Assembly (NCBI GenBank): GCA_009914755.4
Contig: CP068257.2
Location: 40,928,001 to 40,992,000 of the forward strand
DNA from: the human T2T-CHM13v2.0 reference genome, Homo sapiens
Length of the DNA stretch: 64,000 nt
Reading direction: 5' to 3'
The notes below the pieces were generated by a model. The model saw only the letters and a list, made by a program, of their open reading frames with translations. It did not search any database and was not told the DNA's origin. Numbering within the stretch: position 1 is the first letter of the stretch; each line of letters starts with the position of its first letter. Positions 41,384 to 54,250 of the stretch are shown here, one piece after another. Made by a program: the position numbers and the translations under genes.

Positions 41384-41448
41384 TTCCTGATCCGCCTCAT
41401 ACACAAGGAGCTGAGCTGCCCAGGGTCAGCTACGGGGGACCAAGTTCC
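41384..41448 (+). CDS. SLC37A1: SLC37A1 penultimate coding exon (FLIRLIHKELSCPGSATGDQV+cc)
   Basis: Acceptor GGTGCAG ending 41383 and donor CC|GTAAGT at 41449. 65 nt. Confidence 0.85.
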
Positions 41449-41992
41449 GTAAGTCCCACTCGGGCCCTGTCTCCGTGCGTGAAAGCCGGCTCCAAAGTGC
41501 CTTCTGTCCTATCTGCCTTCCGCACCTGGCTTTCCTGAAAGAAAGAAAACGCGTGGCTTATCTTTTCACGGCACGCCACCTTCACTCTCGCTTTTTCTTT
41601 GCTAATAAATACCTCCGGATGGGTTAGTGGTAATCTCTCCTCAAACCCTGAGTGGAAAATGTGAGGGAATTGCCGTCTTTGGCATTCTGTTGGAGCTGCA
41701 GCCCCCCGAGCTCTCCTTGCCTTCCTGCTCGCCCCCTTCTCCCTCCCTCCTCTTTTCCCTCCCCCCTTGGTCCTCCCTCGCTCCCTTCTCACTTCTTCCT
41801 GGCCCCCAGAAGGCTGCGGGAAAGGTGCAAGGGTTTATCCAGCATCCAGCACCCCTGCAGGAGAGGAATCCCTGCTGGGCCGGGAGGGCAGCTGGCTCCC
41901 CATGGGATTTGCACATGGTGTGTGAAGTTCAGCATCTCTTGCTGAGCCACTGCTGGCTGTTAGAGCAGCTCTTCTTTCAACCTTTCTTTCAG

Positions 41993-42008
41993 ATTTAAGG
42001 AACAGTGA
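41993..42008 (+). CDS. SLC37A1: SLC37A1 terminal coding segment (P-FKEQ-stop); last exon continues as 3'UTR
   Basis: Acceptor CTTTCAG ending 41992. cc+a completes Pro, then TTT AAG GAA CAG TGA. Matches the recalled SLC37A1 C-terminus ...QVPFKEQ. Confidence 0.8.
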
Positions 42009-43078
42009 CACCCCACCCCAGTCCCGTGGAGGGGGTCTGGGCCCACCCTTCACAACTGCCTTTCAAGGACAGTTCAGACAAAGGGCCCTGCATGGAAAGA
42101 GTGACCTCCCTTTGCCTTTTGCACACGCACCTGGAAAAGACACAGAAGCCAACCTGAGAACCCCTGGTGCTATTTTAAAGGAGACATATTGCTGAACAGC
42201 AGTGAGAAAAGTCTGCAGGAACTGCTGCCTGAGCCAAGCCAGAGAACCGAAGACCCGGCCGGCCCTGGCCTCACAGGCGTGTGCCCATGCAGCCACCCAA
42301 ATGCACGCGTGACAACAAGGCCGGGAGGGTGGGGGGGGTGCACAGGTAGCCCCGACCCTCTCAGGCATTCCAGCCACAGAACATCAAAGTGAGCGAGTAC
42401 TGCGCTGGCTGTGGCTTCAGAGAACCTGTATGTGCCACGTGGAAAAACAGGACACCAGAGCCCACCAGACAGTGCCGGCCAGCAGAGAAGCAGAGAGCCA
42501 GCGCCACACAACATCAAGAAGGCCGACAACCAGGTTGGAAACCAAGACGGAGCTCAGACCCACCACATCGCCCCAGAGGCTTTTCCAGCACCCATGATGT
42601 TCCGGACTGACCTAAAAACTAATTGTCGAGAAGCCAAGGGTGAGGAGGCAGGAAGCACCTCCGGTTGGAGGCACCCAGGCTTGCCAGCCACAGAGCGCCC
42701 CGAAGTCACCGTCATCCCAGCCCCTGGCCTTCCTGCCGCCCTCCGGGGCCATGGCGCTGCTGTTCAGCTCAGGCACAGGGGCACAGCAGAGGTTTGGGAA
42801 GCGGTCTCCCCACCGGCACTGGGATTGGCGGGTCCAAGCCCAGCAACCGGCTTCGCTCCACAACACACACCACACCTGGGACTGTTTTTAATACATAGCA
42901 ACAGACTGGGTTATTTATTTAAGATGTGTATTGTGTCATATGAAGTTTAAGAGACATAAATGGCATTTTGTTATTTATTAAGACAAACTCCAATTGTTCT
43001 CTGGCTGTTTTTTTCAGTTGTGTCTAGCAAAATACTTATCTGCCCTTTGAAATAAAATGTTTTTGTTTAAAAAATCTC
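42009..43078 (+). other. SLC37A1: SLC37A1 3'UTR (approximate extent), ending after the poly(A) signal
   Basis: No splice donor follows the stop codon. The first canonical AATAAA downstream is followed by a U/GU-rich element. Confidence 0.5.
43051..43056 (+). other. SLC37A1: Polyadenylation signal AATAAA with downstream TGTTTTTGTTT element
   Basis: AATAAA at 43051-43056 and GU/U-rich TGTTTTTGTTT at 43059-43069, about 1 kb after the stop. Confidence 0.5.
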
Positions 43079-44567
43079 AGAACACTCAGAGAATGTTGAT
43101 GATTTCTGCTTACATTTCCATTACGCTAAAAAAGGGAACTTCCAAATCGTGTTGTGTGTTTTGGGTTTTCTCAGGCTTGGACACATTGAGGTTTCTCGGG
43201 TTTGGACACATACTGGGAAAAGACCATTTCCAGCAGAAAAGGGGCCTACCTCTCGGTCCCTTGTTTGCACAGAAGGCCAAGCTGAAGTAAACAGCCATCT
43301 GGGTATTTTATAAATCACGCAGTTTAAAGAATGTCCTAAGATTTGTCCTTGACGAGGAGGTGTCACACCCCGTGGTGGTGGGGAAAGGTGCTGACCTTGG
43401 GAACTACATGGTGGGGTCCAGGCTTTCAAACGTCCTCAGAATGCTGACCGTCCAGATGTGCATGGTGCGGGCTTTCTCTGGATGGAGTGCTGTGGAAGTT
43501 CACTTGGGGACCTCTCACAGCAGCAGGGCAAAGGTCAGAAACAACACACTGTGTGTCCCGCAGTTCTCAGGGGCCTCCTGCTTGAGCTCTGCGGAGAAGC
43601 CCACAGGAGGAACAGACCTGGCTGTGGCGGCTTCTGTGTGCCAGCTGCCCCACTAGATTGGCTCACTCTCTTTTTAATGGCAAGTTATTTATACATTTAA
43701 AAGATTTCTGCTAAAAAAGAACTTCCCTAAACACCAAATGGATGGAGTGTGTTTCCCACACACGCAGCGCACTCAGCTTGTGCTGGCCTTTCCCGGTCCT
43801 CCACCCAATGCTTCCCGCTCCTGGGAGCCTCCCACTTTCCCTCTCTCCCTGACCTGGCTCCAGGCACCAGTCCAGCCCTCTCCCGCTGGTGTCACAGTGG
43901 CCTGGGCTGCCCTGAGCCCCTGCCGGCTGCCATCCCTGAGGACGGGCACCAGCCCCGTGCTCACCACAGGGCACCTCTTCCCTCTGGGTGTGCAGCACTC
44001 GTATCCATGGGGTGAACAAGCGAGGGATGACGCAGATGGCACAGTATCATTACAGGATGCACAGAGGGCTTTTTCCATAAACAAAATTCTTTGCATTCAC
44101 TGCCCCCTGCCTCTCCAGAACTGTCCCCTCTGAGGCCTCATCTAGTCAGAGGCCCAGGGCTGGTGGGCCGGAGCGGACCTTCCTCACCCCATAGCCACCA
44201 GCCAGCATTCAGCACAGCAGCTTTGAGGTGGCGATCGCTATTTCCCCAACTCAATGAACTAAAGTACTAGAAGAAAATCTCCCACAGCTCACAAAGGAAG
44301 AGCAACTTCCCATTTCTGAACCCTCTGAGCTAAACCCTGAGAACTTTTGGAAATGGAGAGTCGATCCTTTTTTTAAAATGAAGAGTATACACACAGCTAT
44401 TTTTTTAAAGCAATTTAGCGGAAATTCACCTTGATTCATGGATGGAAGATTTCATTATGACTTTTAAGGAAAAAAGTACATGATTTCAATATAAAAATAC
44501 ATCTTCATTTGAGCATAGCTGAGGTATTTTCCATCTGCAAACAGCCAGCTCTGAGACACACACACTT

Positions 44568-44756
44568 GCCGTCCTGTGGAAGCGTGGCTCTGCCTGTCAC
44601 GCATGTCTGCGCTTGCCGTCCTGTGGAAGCGTGGCTCTGCCTGTCACGCACGTCTGTGCTTGCCGTCCTGTGGAAGCGTGGCTCTGCCTGTCACGCACGT
44701 CTGCGCTTGCCGTCCTGTGGAAGCGTGGCTCTCCCTGTCACGCACGTGTGCGCTTA
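44568..44756. repeat. 47-bp minisatellite, 4 copies (downstream of SLC37A1)
   Basis: GCCGTCCTGTGGAAGCGTGGCTCTGCCTGTCACGCACGTCTGCGCTT recurs at 44568, 44615, 44662 and 44709 with single-base variants. Confidence 0.9.
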
Positions 44757-47038
44757 GTGCACATCACTAAGACTCTCCTATTCATGTTGACAAAAAAATG
44801 CCGGATCATGGAAACACAAGCTGGTGACAGGGCCAACAAAAGAGCTCAAGGTGGGACTCCAGCTCTCCAGCCTGTCTGTAGGTAGGAAAAACTACTCCTG
44901 GAAGCTCACCTCAGTGAATGCACCTCAGAGTCCAAGAGCTGCCGCGAATACAGGGCCTGGTGGCTGCTATACTGTGCGTCTCAGAGCAGAGCCAGCTCTC
45001 CCATCGCCAGCTTGTAAAATCCAAGAAAACGAAATTGCTTGATAAACTACGAACTGAAAAAAAATGAGCCCTGATTTATTATTATTCAATTCAACAGACA
45101 TAAAAACCACTCTGCTAAATGGCCACAGGACCACTCCAGTCTTGACTCAGCAGAGCACAGCTGGGCCAGGTGAGAAGCAGGTGTGAGGGCACTGTGTCCC
45201 TTGCAGGCTGTGCCCACAAGGCACCCAGGCTGTCCCCCACAGGGCTCCGATGCGCCAGGTCACCTCCCTTCCCAAGGCTCCGCATTGACCCACAGTCTCT
45301 GCACAGGACACCCCAGGTCCCTGGAGGGCAGTAGAAGAGGCTGTAGCACTGGCTGCCAAGGCAGGGGCAGCTGCCAGGCCCACCAGAGACCACGGGCAGT
45401 AGGCAGGTCACTTCCCAGGGTGGGGAGGGGGGCTGAGGTGGGAGCACAACCTAGGCCCCTCCTGGGGAGGTGGTGGAGTCAGAATCACGTAAGAGACAAA
45501 GTTCCAGTCCCTCAGTGCCGGCTCCATTGTCCCCTGGACTTCCCTTACAAACCACAGATGCAAAGAGAGCACTTCTCGGAATCTCCACACAGCCACGGTG
45601 GAGCACTCAACCCACGCGACCCTCGGGCGCAGGTGCTGGGTGACTGCCCTGGCCATGTGCCCTGTGGCCCCGCAGAATGACACCTCATCCAGGATGGAAG
45701 CGGGAACCGAAAGCCTGGCTGAGAGACCCCAGGGGTCTGAGTCGGGAGGAGCGATGGTTCATTTGGAACCCAGTGGTGCCCTTCACTGAGTTTGGGTTAA
45801 CTGTCATCACTTCCCTGTCCCGTGCGTTCCAACGTGCCCCGCCCCTGAGAACAGATCCAAGGGACTCTGAAGAACGCAGTCCTGAGCTGCTTGCTCATTC
45901 TGAAGCCAGCTCTTGTTGCTGGCCCCCTCCAAGGGGGCCTGTGAGCTCCAGACATGGGGATAATGTGGGGTCTGGGCCACCCGTAGTGGTGGCCAAGTGC
46001 AGCATGTTCCCCGCCACACCCCTTGGGAGCTGGAATTTAACTCCAGCTGCTGAACACAGGCAGTGTTTCTGGCACCCAGGGCCTCACCCTCCCAGGAGAG
46101 TCCATCATTGCTGAGCCAGTCGCAGGTCACCATGAAGCATCGCCCTGGGCAGCAAGTGGGATGCAGGGGCACAGCAGGGCACGTCCCAGGCGGCTGAGAA
46201 AGTCCACGGAGGGCAAGGGCAGGGGCGTGCGCCATCGTCGGAGACAGTCGGGGTGGGCAGCACCCTGGACTGCTGGGAAGGACAGTGGGGGGAGGGTGGA
46301 AGGCAGGGGAGCCCTTGCCAGTTGAGAATTTCTTGATCCTTGGAATTGGTCCCCAACATCCTCTGGGACACGCTTAACAATGGTCAGGTCTGGTAACTGA
46401 AAGAAGCAATTGAGGCAAATATCTCAATCAACCGAGGTTTATTCTGCCAGCGTTAGGGCATGTCCAGGAAAACACAAGCCACAGACACATCTGTGGCTGT
46501 TTTTCTAAAGAGGCTTACAAGAGGTTTGGTATTTAGACATTGAGGTGAGGTGAATGGTGACATTCTTGTGAGACTTCAGTTAGCACCCAGTAAATCTGCA
46601 TTTCACATAAGGTAAATATTTGAAGAAGAAAAGGGAGCAAAGGAGGAATCCATTTTGCAGACTTCTCTGGGTAGGTGGAGGAACACTTGATCTCGTCTTG
46701 TCTTTGGCCTGCCCCTGGGAGGACAAGCTTGTAAAGGACATTATCAGCATAGAATGGAACAGACTCTCATTTTAGGAGCTGGACTTACATTGCACACCTA
46801 AATTTATGATTGGCATGTCCTTGTTTATGGGAGGCCAGCAAAGAATGTACTGATGAAAGATCTGTGGGAGCACTTGCAGACGGCTGTGGCCTCCACCTTT
46901 CTGTGGGGACCTGGCTGATGCATCCTATTCATGACAGCTGTCCATACGGATGCAGCGTTGCATGATTCTCACTCCAGGCTTAATCTTCCCTTTGGCATAA
47001 GAAGTTTGGGCATCCTGTGATTTTTACGCCCACAGCCA

Positions 47039-47350
<312 letters not shown>

Positions 47351-48185
47351 AATTTTTGACCAAAACAGGATCGGTGAGTGGATGTCATGTGTCATTTGGG
47401 CCAACAGTGAACACGGACTTTGAAGGCATCTTGATCCAGAATATTCCATTCCCTTCTTCCTTGACTTGGTAATAACCAAGACGGTTCTGTCTCTCTTTGA
47501 AATTCTAAAATGAGGCAGGCATTGGACATTCTGTTACTGTTAAAATCCACACCCTGCCTGCCTCTAAAAGGAACTTGGAGTGGAGATGCAGAAAAACGGC
47601 AGGTGCGTTTAAGGAGTCCCTGCACCCCACGACGAAGTGACAGCCACACCCAGACATCCTGGAGCCCAAAAGGAGGAGCTAGTGGCTCTGGAGGGGCAGC
47701 CTCTCCCGGTCTCAAGGGCTATTATTATTATTATTATTTTTTTTGGAACTGAGGTGACATTTACATAACATGCAAATAATCATTTCAAAGCATATGGTCG
47801 GTGGCGTCTGGTGCATTCACAGTGCTGTGCAGCCACCAGCTCTCTCAAGGTCAACACGTCTCATCACCCCAGAAGATCACTAGAACCTGGTAAGCGATAG
47901 CTCCCCTTCCCCTCCCACTTAAAATGAGAGTTTTCAAGGAGATTGGGTCCAGGGTGGCTGTGAGCACTAAAATTCTGGAGCAAGGTGAAAAATAGACCCC
48001 ACTTCTCCTTCCATGCTAAGCCACTGATTCATTAAAGAAACACAGGGAAGGAGCCTATACTCAAAATTAGCATCTCCAGTGGAAACATGGCTTGAGAATT
48101 ATGCGTCCTTACGGACCAGAGACCAGGCCTCCAAGAATTCTCCCAGGAAACAAATGTCCAGCAGGACCATGGCTGGGCTGTCACG

Positions 48186-48492
48186 TCCAGAAGCCACCAG
48201 GCCACAGCAGGGGCCCCGGCAGGCAGGCCACCGTCGGAAGCCGGCAGGCCACCGTCGGAAGCCACCAGACCACAGCAGGGGCCCCGGCAGGCAGGCCACG
48301 GTCCAGAAGCCACCAGGCCACAGCAGGGGCCCCGGCAGGCAGGCCACGGTCCAGAAGCCACCAGGCCACAGCAGGGGCCCTGGCAGGCAGGCCACGGTCC
48401 AGAAGCCACCAGGCCACAGGAGGGGCCCCGGCAGGCAGGCCACGGTCGGAAGCCACCAGGCCACAGCAGGGGCCCCCGGCAGGCAAGCCATG
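48186..48492. repeat. 48-bp GC-rich minisatellite, ~6.5 copies
   Basis: CCAGAAGCCACCAGGCCACAGCAGGGGCCCCGGCAGGCAGGCCACGGT iterated, including one truncated 21-bp unit. The period is a multiple of 3, so all frames stay open (ORF-track artefacts 48032-48813). Confidence 0.9.
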
Positions 48493-49138
48493 GTTGGGGC
48501 TGCTTTGGCCTCTCTTTCCCTTTTGCACCAGCTTTCAATAAGGCTTTCTTCTTCCACGTCCCCACGACCCCTTGATCGTCCACCTGCTATTGGCAGCGAA
48601 GCCTTGAGGCTCTCATGGTGTGTCCCCACATGTCCGCAGACGGGAAGGAGTCACCCCAGCCTCCTGGGGCAGCAGGATGCAGCATATCTGACTCTCATCA
48701 CACTTTCTGTATCTCAGCAAGTTACCAACATTTCTTTGTATTTACTTCTGGTAAGAACAAAAACCTTAGCTGGGGCCTTGGCTGCCCTTGGAGCTGCTGG
48801 GAAAGTTACATGAGTAGAAGGGTTGGGTTAAAGGATGGAAACACCTCTGTCTACACCAGCTCACGATAAGCCTGAAGAGGAGTTTGGAGTCCCTCAGACG
48901 CTTTCGGCACCACTTAGTCAGCGGGGGGAATAATAGCTTTCCGGGAAATAGGCCCGAGACGCGGGAAGGGAAGGGAAGGGAACCCCGTGGGAAAGACCTT
49001 ACTCATTCTGCCCCTTGCAGTCAGCACCTGAGGAGAAGCAGCGGGGAAAAGAAGTGCCAAGCTCGCCGCGTTGACCAGTGTCAGGGCCGAGTAGCCACAG
49101 GACGGAACTGAGAAGCGAGTACCAACATCAAGCCTGCC

Positions 49139-50090
49139 GCGCCATTTATATCCACGCATGCGTTTCCCCTTACCTGCACCGAGCCTCCCGCCCCGTTTAT
49201 ATCCACGCAGGCGTTTCCCCTTACCTGCACCGAGCCTCCATTCCCGTTTACATCCACGCAGGCGTTTCCCCTTACCTGCACCGAGCCTCCCGCCCCGTTT
49301 ACATCCACGCAGGCGTTTCCCCTTACCTGCACCGAGCCTCCATTCCCGTTTATATCCACGCAGGCGTTTCCCCTTACCTGCACCGAGCCTGCCGCCCCGT
49401 TTACATCCACGCAGGCGTTTCCCCTTACCTGCACTGAGCCTCCCGCCCCGTTTATATCCACGCAGGCGTTTCCCCTTACCTGCACCGAGCCTCCCGCCCC
49501 GTTTACATCCACGCAGGCGTTTCCCCTTACCTGCACCGAGCCTCCCGCCCCGTTTATATCCACGCAGGCGTTTCCCCTTACCTGCACCGAGCCTCCATTC
49601 CCGTTTACATCCACGCAGGCGTTTCCCCTTACCTGCACCGAGCCTCCCGCCCCGTTTACATCCACGCAGGCGTTTCCCCTTACCTGCACCGAGCCTCCCG
49701 CCCCGTTTATATCCACGCAGGCGTTTCCCCTTACCTGCACCGAGCCTCCATTCCCGTTTACATCCACGCAGGCGTTTCCCCTTACCTGCACCGAGCCTCC
49801 ATTCCCGTTTATATCCACGCAGGCGTTTCCCCTTACCTGCACCGAGCCTCCCGCCCCGTTTATATCCACGCAGGCGTTTCCCCTTACCTGCACCGGGCCT
49901 CCATTCCCGTTTATATCCACGCAGGCGTTTCCCCTTACCTGCACCGAGCCTCCATTCCCGTTTATATCCACGCAGGCGTTTCCCCTTACCTGCACCGGGC
50001 CTGCCGCCCCGTTTACATCCACGCATGCGTTTCCCCTTACCTGCACTGGGCCTGCCACCCTGTTTATATCTATGCCTGCGTTTTCCTCTT
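49139..50090. repeat. 51-bp CpG-rich minisatellite (VNTR), ~18-19 copies
   Basis: Unit GTTTA(T/C)ATCCACGCAGGCGTTTCCCCTTACCTGCACCGAGCCTCC(CGCCCC/ATTCCC) recurs at 49195, 49246 and onward with strict 51-bp period. Two unit subtypes alternate. 51 = 17 codons, so all six frames are stop-free across the array. Confidence 0.95.
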
Positions 50091-51194
50091 GCCTTTTCAA
50101 TCCAGAGGCCTCACTAGCTTTGGCCTAGTCATCCTTTCTCCTTGTCTTCTCTTCAGGTATTTTATTGATGACTTCCTGATAGCACCAAATGGCTCCCCGA
50201 GGGCTCTGAGGCATTCACACGTGTGTGAGAGTGTGCAGGGATTCCCTGGAATTCAGAGGGACTGCCTTAGACTAATTTGACTGCTTTTGGGCAAAATAAG
50301 CTTATGGCCTGAAACTTGCCGATTATCCTGGCCCAGCCGTGCCTTGCCAAAGGTGTCTCTGGCCTGGCTAGCGGGTTGGGGCAGCAGCAGCAATCACCAG
50401 TGTGACCTGAGGGCGCCGTGTCACAAGCGCAGGGTACTTTGGTGGACACCTGAGAGGCAGGAATCCTGCTCAGGAGGATGAGGCTGCAGGACGCCCCCAC
50501 AGCCTGTTGTGGTCAGACCCCGAGGATCCAGTGCCAGCTTGTGGTCCCCCTACTCGCTTACTGAGAACCCAGAGCCTGCCCCCAGGGCCCCGAGAGCCTT
50601 TACGCACAGTTTAATAACTAGCTGTGACTGCACACCCATGCAAGCGCTCTCCCGGGCAGGAAATCAAATGTCACCAGCACTCCGGAAACAGCCCTTATGA
50701 GGAAACGGCATTCTGGCCCCGGGGGTTTTAACTGACTTTACCTGGTGGGCCATGTGGATCCCCTCAGCCGCGCCTCTCCTCTTTACAGCCTTTGCCCACT
50801 GTCCTACTGGGCCGTTTGTCTCTTTCTAACTAATTTGTGTCAGTACCTTCTGAGCTCCGTTCACGTCTGTGAGGGTTAGTTTTCTGCGCCCTCTTGACCA
50901 GGCCTTAGGACCCAGTTATTCAAGTGAACACTACTTAGGATGTTGTCGTGAAAGCATTTTATAAATGTGCTTAACATCGCCAATCCATCAACTTTAACTA
51001 AAGGAGATTTATCCTCCATAACTTGGGTGGGCCTGGTTCAGTCAGTTGAAGGGTTTGAGAGCAAAACTGAGGCTTCCCCGAGGAAGGAGAAATTCCACCC
51101 GTGGACTCAGCCTCAGCTCTGGCCTGAGAGTTTCCAGCCTGACACCTGCCCTGGATTTCAGACTTGCCTAGCCAGCCCCCACAGTTACATAAGC

Positions 51195-51470
51195 CAGTTC
51201 CTTGAAGTGAATCTGTGTGTGCACATGTGCATGTGTGTGTGTGTGCATGTGTGTGTCCATATGTGTGTGTCCGTGCATGAGTGTGCATGTGTGTATGCAT
51301 GCATGTGTCCGTGTGTGTGCATCCATGTGTGCATGCACATGTGCATGTGTGTGCATGCATGTGTGTGCACGTGTGCGTGCATGTGTGCACGTGTGCGTGT
51401 GTGTGCATGCATGTGTGTGCATGTGTGTGTGCGTGTGTGTGCGCGTGTGCGTGTGATCTCCAACTGGTTC
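51195..51470. repeat. Cryptic (TG)n/(TGTGCA)n-type purine-pyrimidine alternating repeat
   Basis: Approximately 275 bp composed almost entirely of GTGTGCATGTGTGTG-like iterations; the strand is essentially all G/T. Confidence 0.85.
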
Positions 51471-53767
51471 TGTTCCTCTGGCTGAACCTGGAGGATGCAT
51501 CGTCTTTCTGCATTGTCTACCTGTTTTACAGGGACCTGCCTTATCTTTAAAATCAGAAGTAATTAAGTTCATTTTAAAAGTCAAGGCGAGTACCAAAAAG
51601 AATGTAAACACTCTATTCCAAGGCTGTTTCTTCCTGGGACAGTTGTATTTTTAACACATTTTCCCAAGAGTTGCTGCAGCCACTCTGTGTGAGCCCCGCA
51701 TCCTACCACAGCCTTAGGGACAGCAAGGTCACCAGCTCTAGAAGCTCTGCCTTCAGAACGGCCCACTCTGCAGCCAGCCCCATGAAGACACCTCTTGGGT
51801 GCCTGGTGTTGTAAAATTTACCCAAATCCAGAGCCATGATTCCAAACCTGATGGTAGAAGAGCAGCATTCATTTGCTTGTTCATTCATTCAGCACACTCG
51901 TATTGCCAAGCCCTGAGAATAAGCGCAGGGATACGGTAATAAACCGGGAGAGCCAAATCGGCCCCATGGAGTCGAGTCTAGGGGAAGCAATAGACGACTA
52001 ACAAAGGAACAGTAAACAGTCTGGGGCAGGAGCGGGGGGTGTATGATTGTGTATTGACGGTCGTCTTCGAGGATGGGATAAGGGTGTGATGGAATGAACC
52101 CTGCAGATCTAAGGAAAGGCCATTCCAGACCCTAGAGGAGGTCCAGGAAGGAAGTTCAGGAGCACAGGCCACAGAGGGTCACTGATTTCACCAATTTCAC
52201 CAGGATCAGGGTTTTCCATACCACTAAGGCTGGAGGGACAAGGGACAGGAGCGTGAAAGGAGAGGCGAGGCTGGTGCCCCAGGAAACCCAAGCCTGGTCT
52301 CAGGCTGGTGAAGAGGTGGATGATGGAGCGAGTGGGGAATGAGTGGTCCCAGTGGCCGGAAAGCTTGCTGGGGGCTGATCTGGACAGATGGGAGGTGGGT
52401 GAGGTCCTGGGAGCGGAGGTTCTGGAGACCGGCGGGCATGGCCAATGATGAGCCCTAGGACGTGACTCTCACAATGGGGACTGAAGGGGTTGGAGGGAGG
52501 TGCCGTTGGAAAATTGCAGTAAGTGAGAAGAGTCAGAAATGGGAGGACCAGAGGGAAAGCCACTTCTCAGAGAAGAGTAACAGGTTCAACTTTGGTCCAA
52601 TAATCACAATTTAGAGCTGACAGCAGCTTCAGAGGCCATGTGACAGATAAGGAAACTAAGGCCCCAAAAGCAGCCGTGGAGACCAGACCCAGGGGTTCCG
52701 GCCACGGCTCTGTGCCTTTTGTAAAGGCAGCCTATGTCTGCACTCACCTGTGCTCTGGCCCAGGCCGGCCCTGCACTTCGATTGCCGGGAGCCCTGCACG
52801 CGGAACTGTGTCTGCAGAAGCTCCTTTTGGCACCTGGGAGGGCACCTCTCATCAGTACTCCAGGACCTCGGCCATCGCCACGGACCGCAGGGTGAACGCT
52901 GGGTGGGCTGTACCATGGCCTCGGCCACCGCCTGCAGATCCAGGCTCCCTGCAGCCTGCTGGGCTGGTGGCCTCAGGGGACCGGTGAGCTGCGTCTGCCT
53001 GGGCTCCCGAAAGGCCGCTCCCAGGTTTTGATTTTGCTTTGTTACCTAGAACCCAGGCCCTCTGTTGCCACAAGAGGGCCCCCCAGCCCCGGCTCACTGA
53101 GGCCCTCCCCGTGGAGGAGCGTATCCTGTCCGGTCCGCAGCTCAAATATCCAGAGATCGGGAGACCCCGGCCCTGGCCCCACCCCCGCCCCAGCTGGGCC
53201 ACACTGCCCCCTCCACCACACCCCGGCAAGCCCCTCCTGGGGCTGCACTCAGTCCTGGGTGTCAGAGGGTCCTCTGGCTTCGCTTGTCACATTTAATGAC
53301 AAATCAGAAATCAAATGTATCCAGAGCCAGCCTGGGCTTTAGGATAGAAGGGGAGGGCAGGAGTGGGGGCTCCGGGGACAGGGGCTGGCCGAGGAGGGAG
53401 GATGGGGGCAAGAGGATATTCGTGGGGCACCCACTCCCCACCCATCCGCCACCCCCTCCTCCCAGTGCTCCTTCTGAGGCCTCGCTGTCCCCGCCTTTTA
53501 GTAAAAAGTGGAGAAACAGCCTCACAGGGTGACCTGCTTCAGCTCCCAAAGCCATGCTGTGGCTGACCAGGGTCAGGACCCAGGTACCAGGTCCACGGCT
53601 CAGGGGTGGGAGCCAAGCCTCACTCGACTCCACGCTCAGGGCCGGGACCCAGGCCACAAGCCCGACCTTTGTCCTTTCCTCGAGCTTGCTGGGAAGCCTA
53701 GACTCACCCAAATCCAACCCAAAAAAGGCTGCAACAAACCAGCCTTGCTTGTGATTTCGTTTTATGA

Positions 53768-54250
<483 letters not shown>

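Noticed and set aside
48032-48813. ORFs of 149-244 aa in several frames (Gly/Pro/Ala/Arg-rich).
   Set aside because: They are caused by the 48-bp (16-codon) GC-rich minisatellite at 48186-48492. The same argument applies as for the 51-bp array.
48914-50117. Very long ORFs on both strands (370 aa and 339 aa on the minus strand, 319 aa on the plus strand) with repetitive basic or Pro/Arg-rich translations.
   Set aside because: They sit exactly on the 51-bp (17-codon) minisatellite, so every frame stays open by construction. There is no codon bias, Kozak context, splice structure or domain similarity. They are repeat artefacts, not genes.
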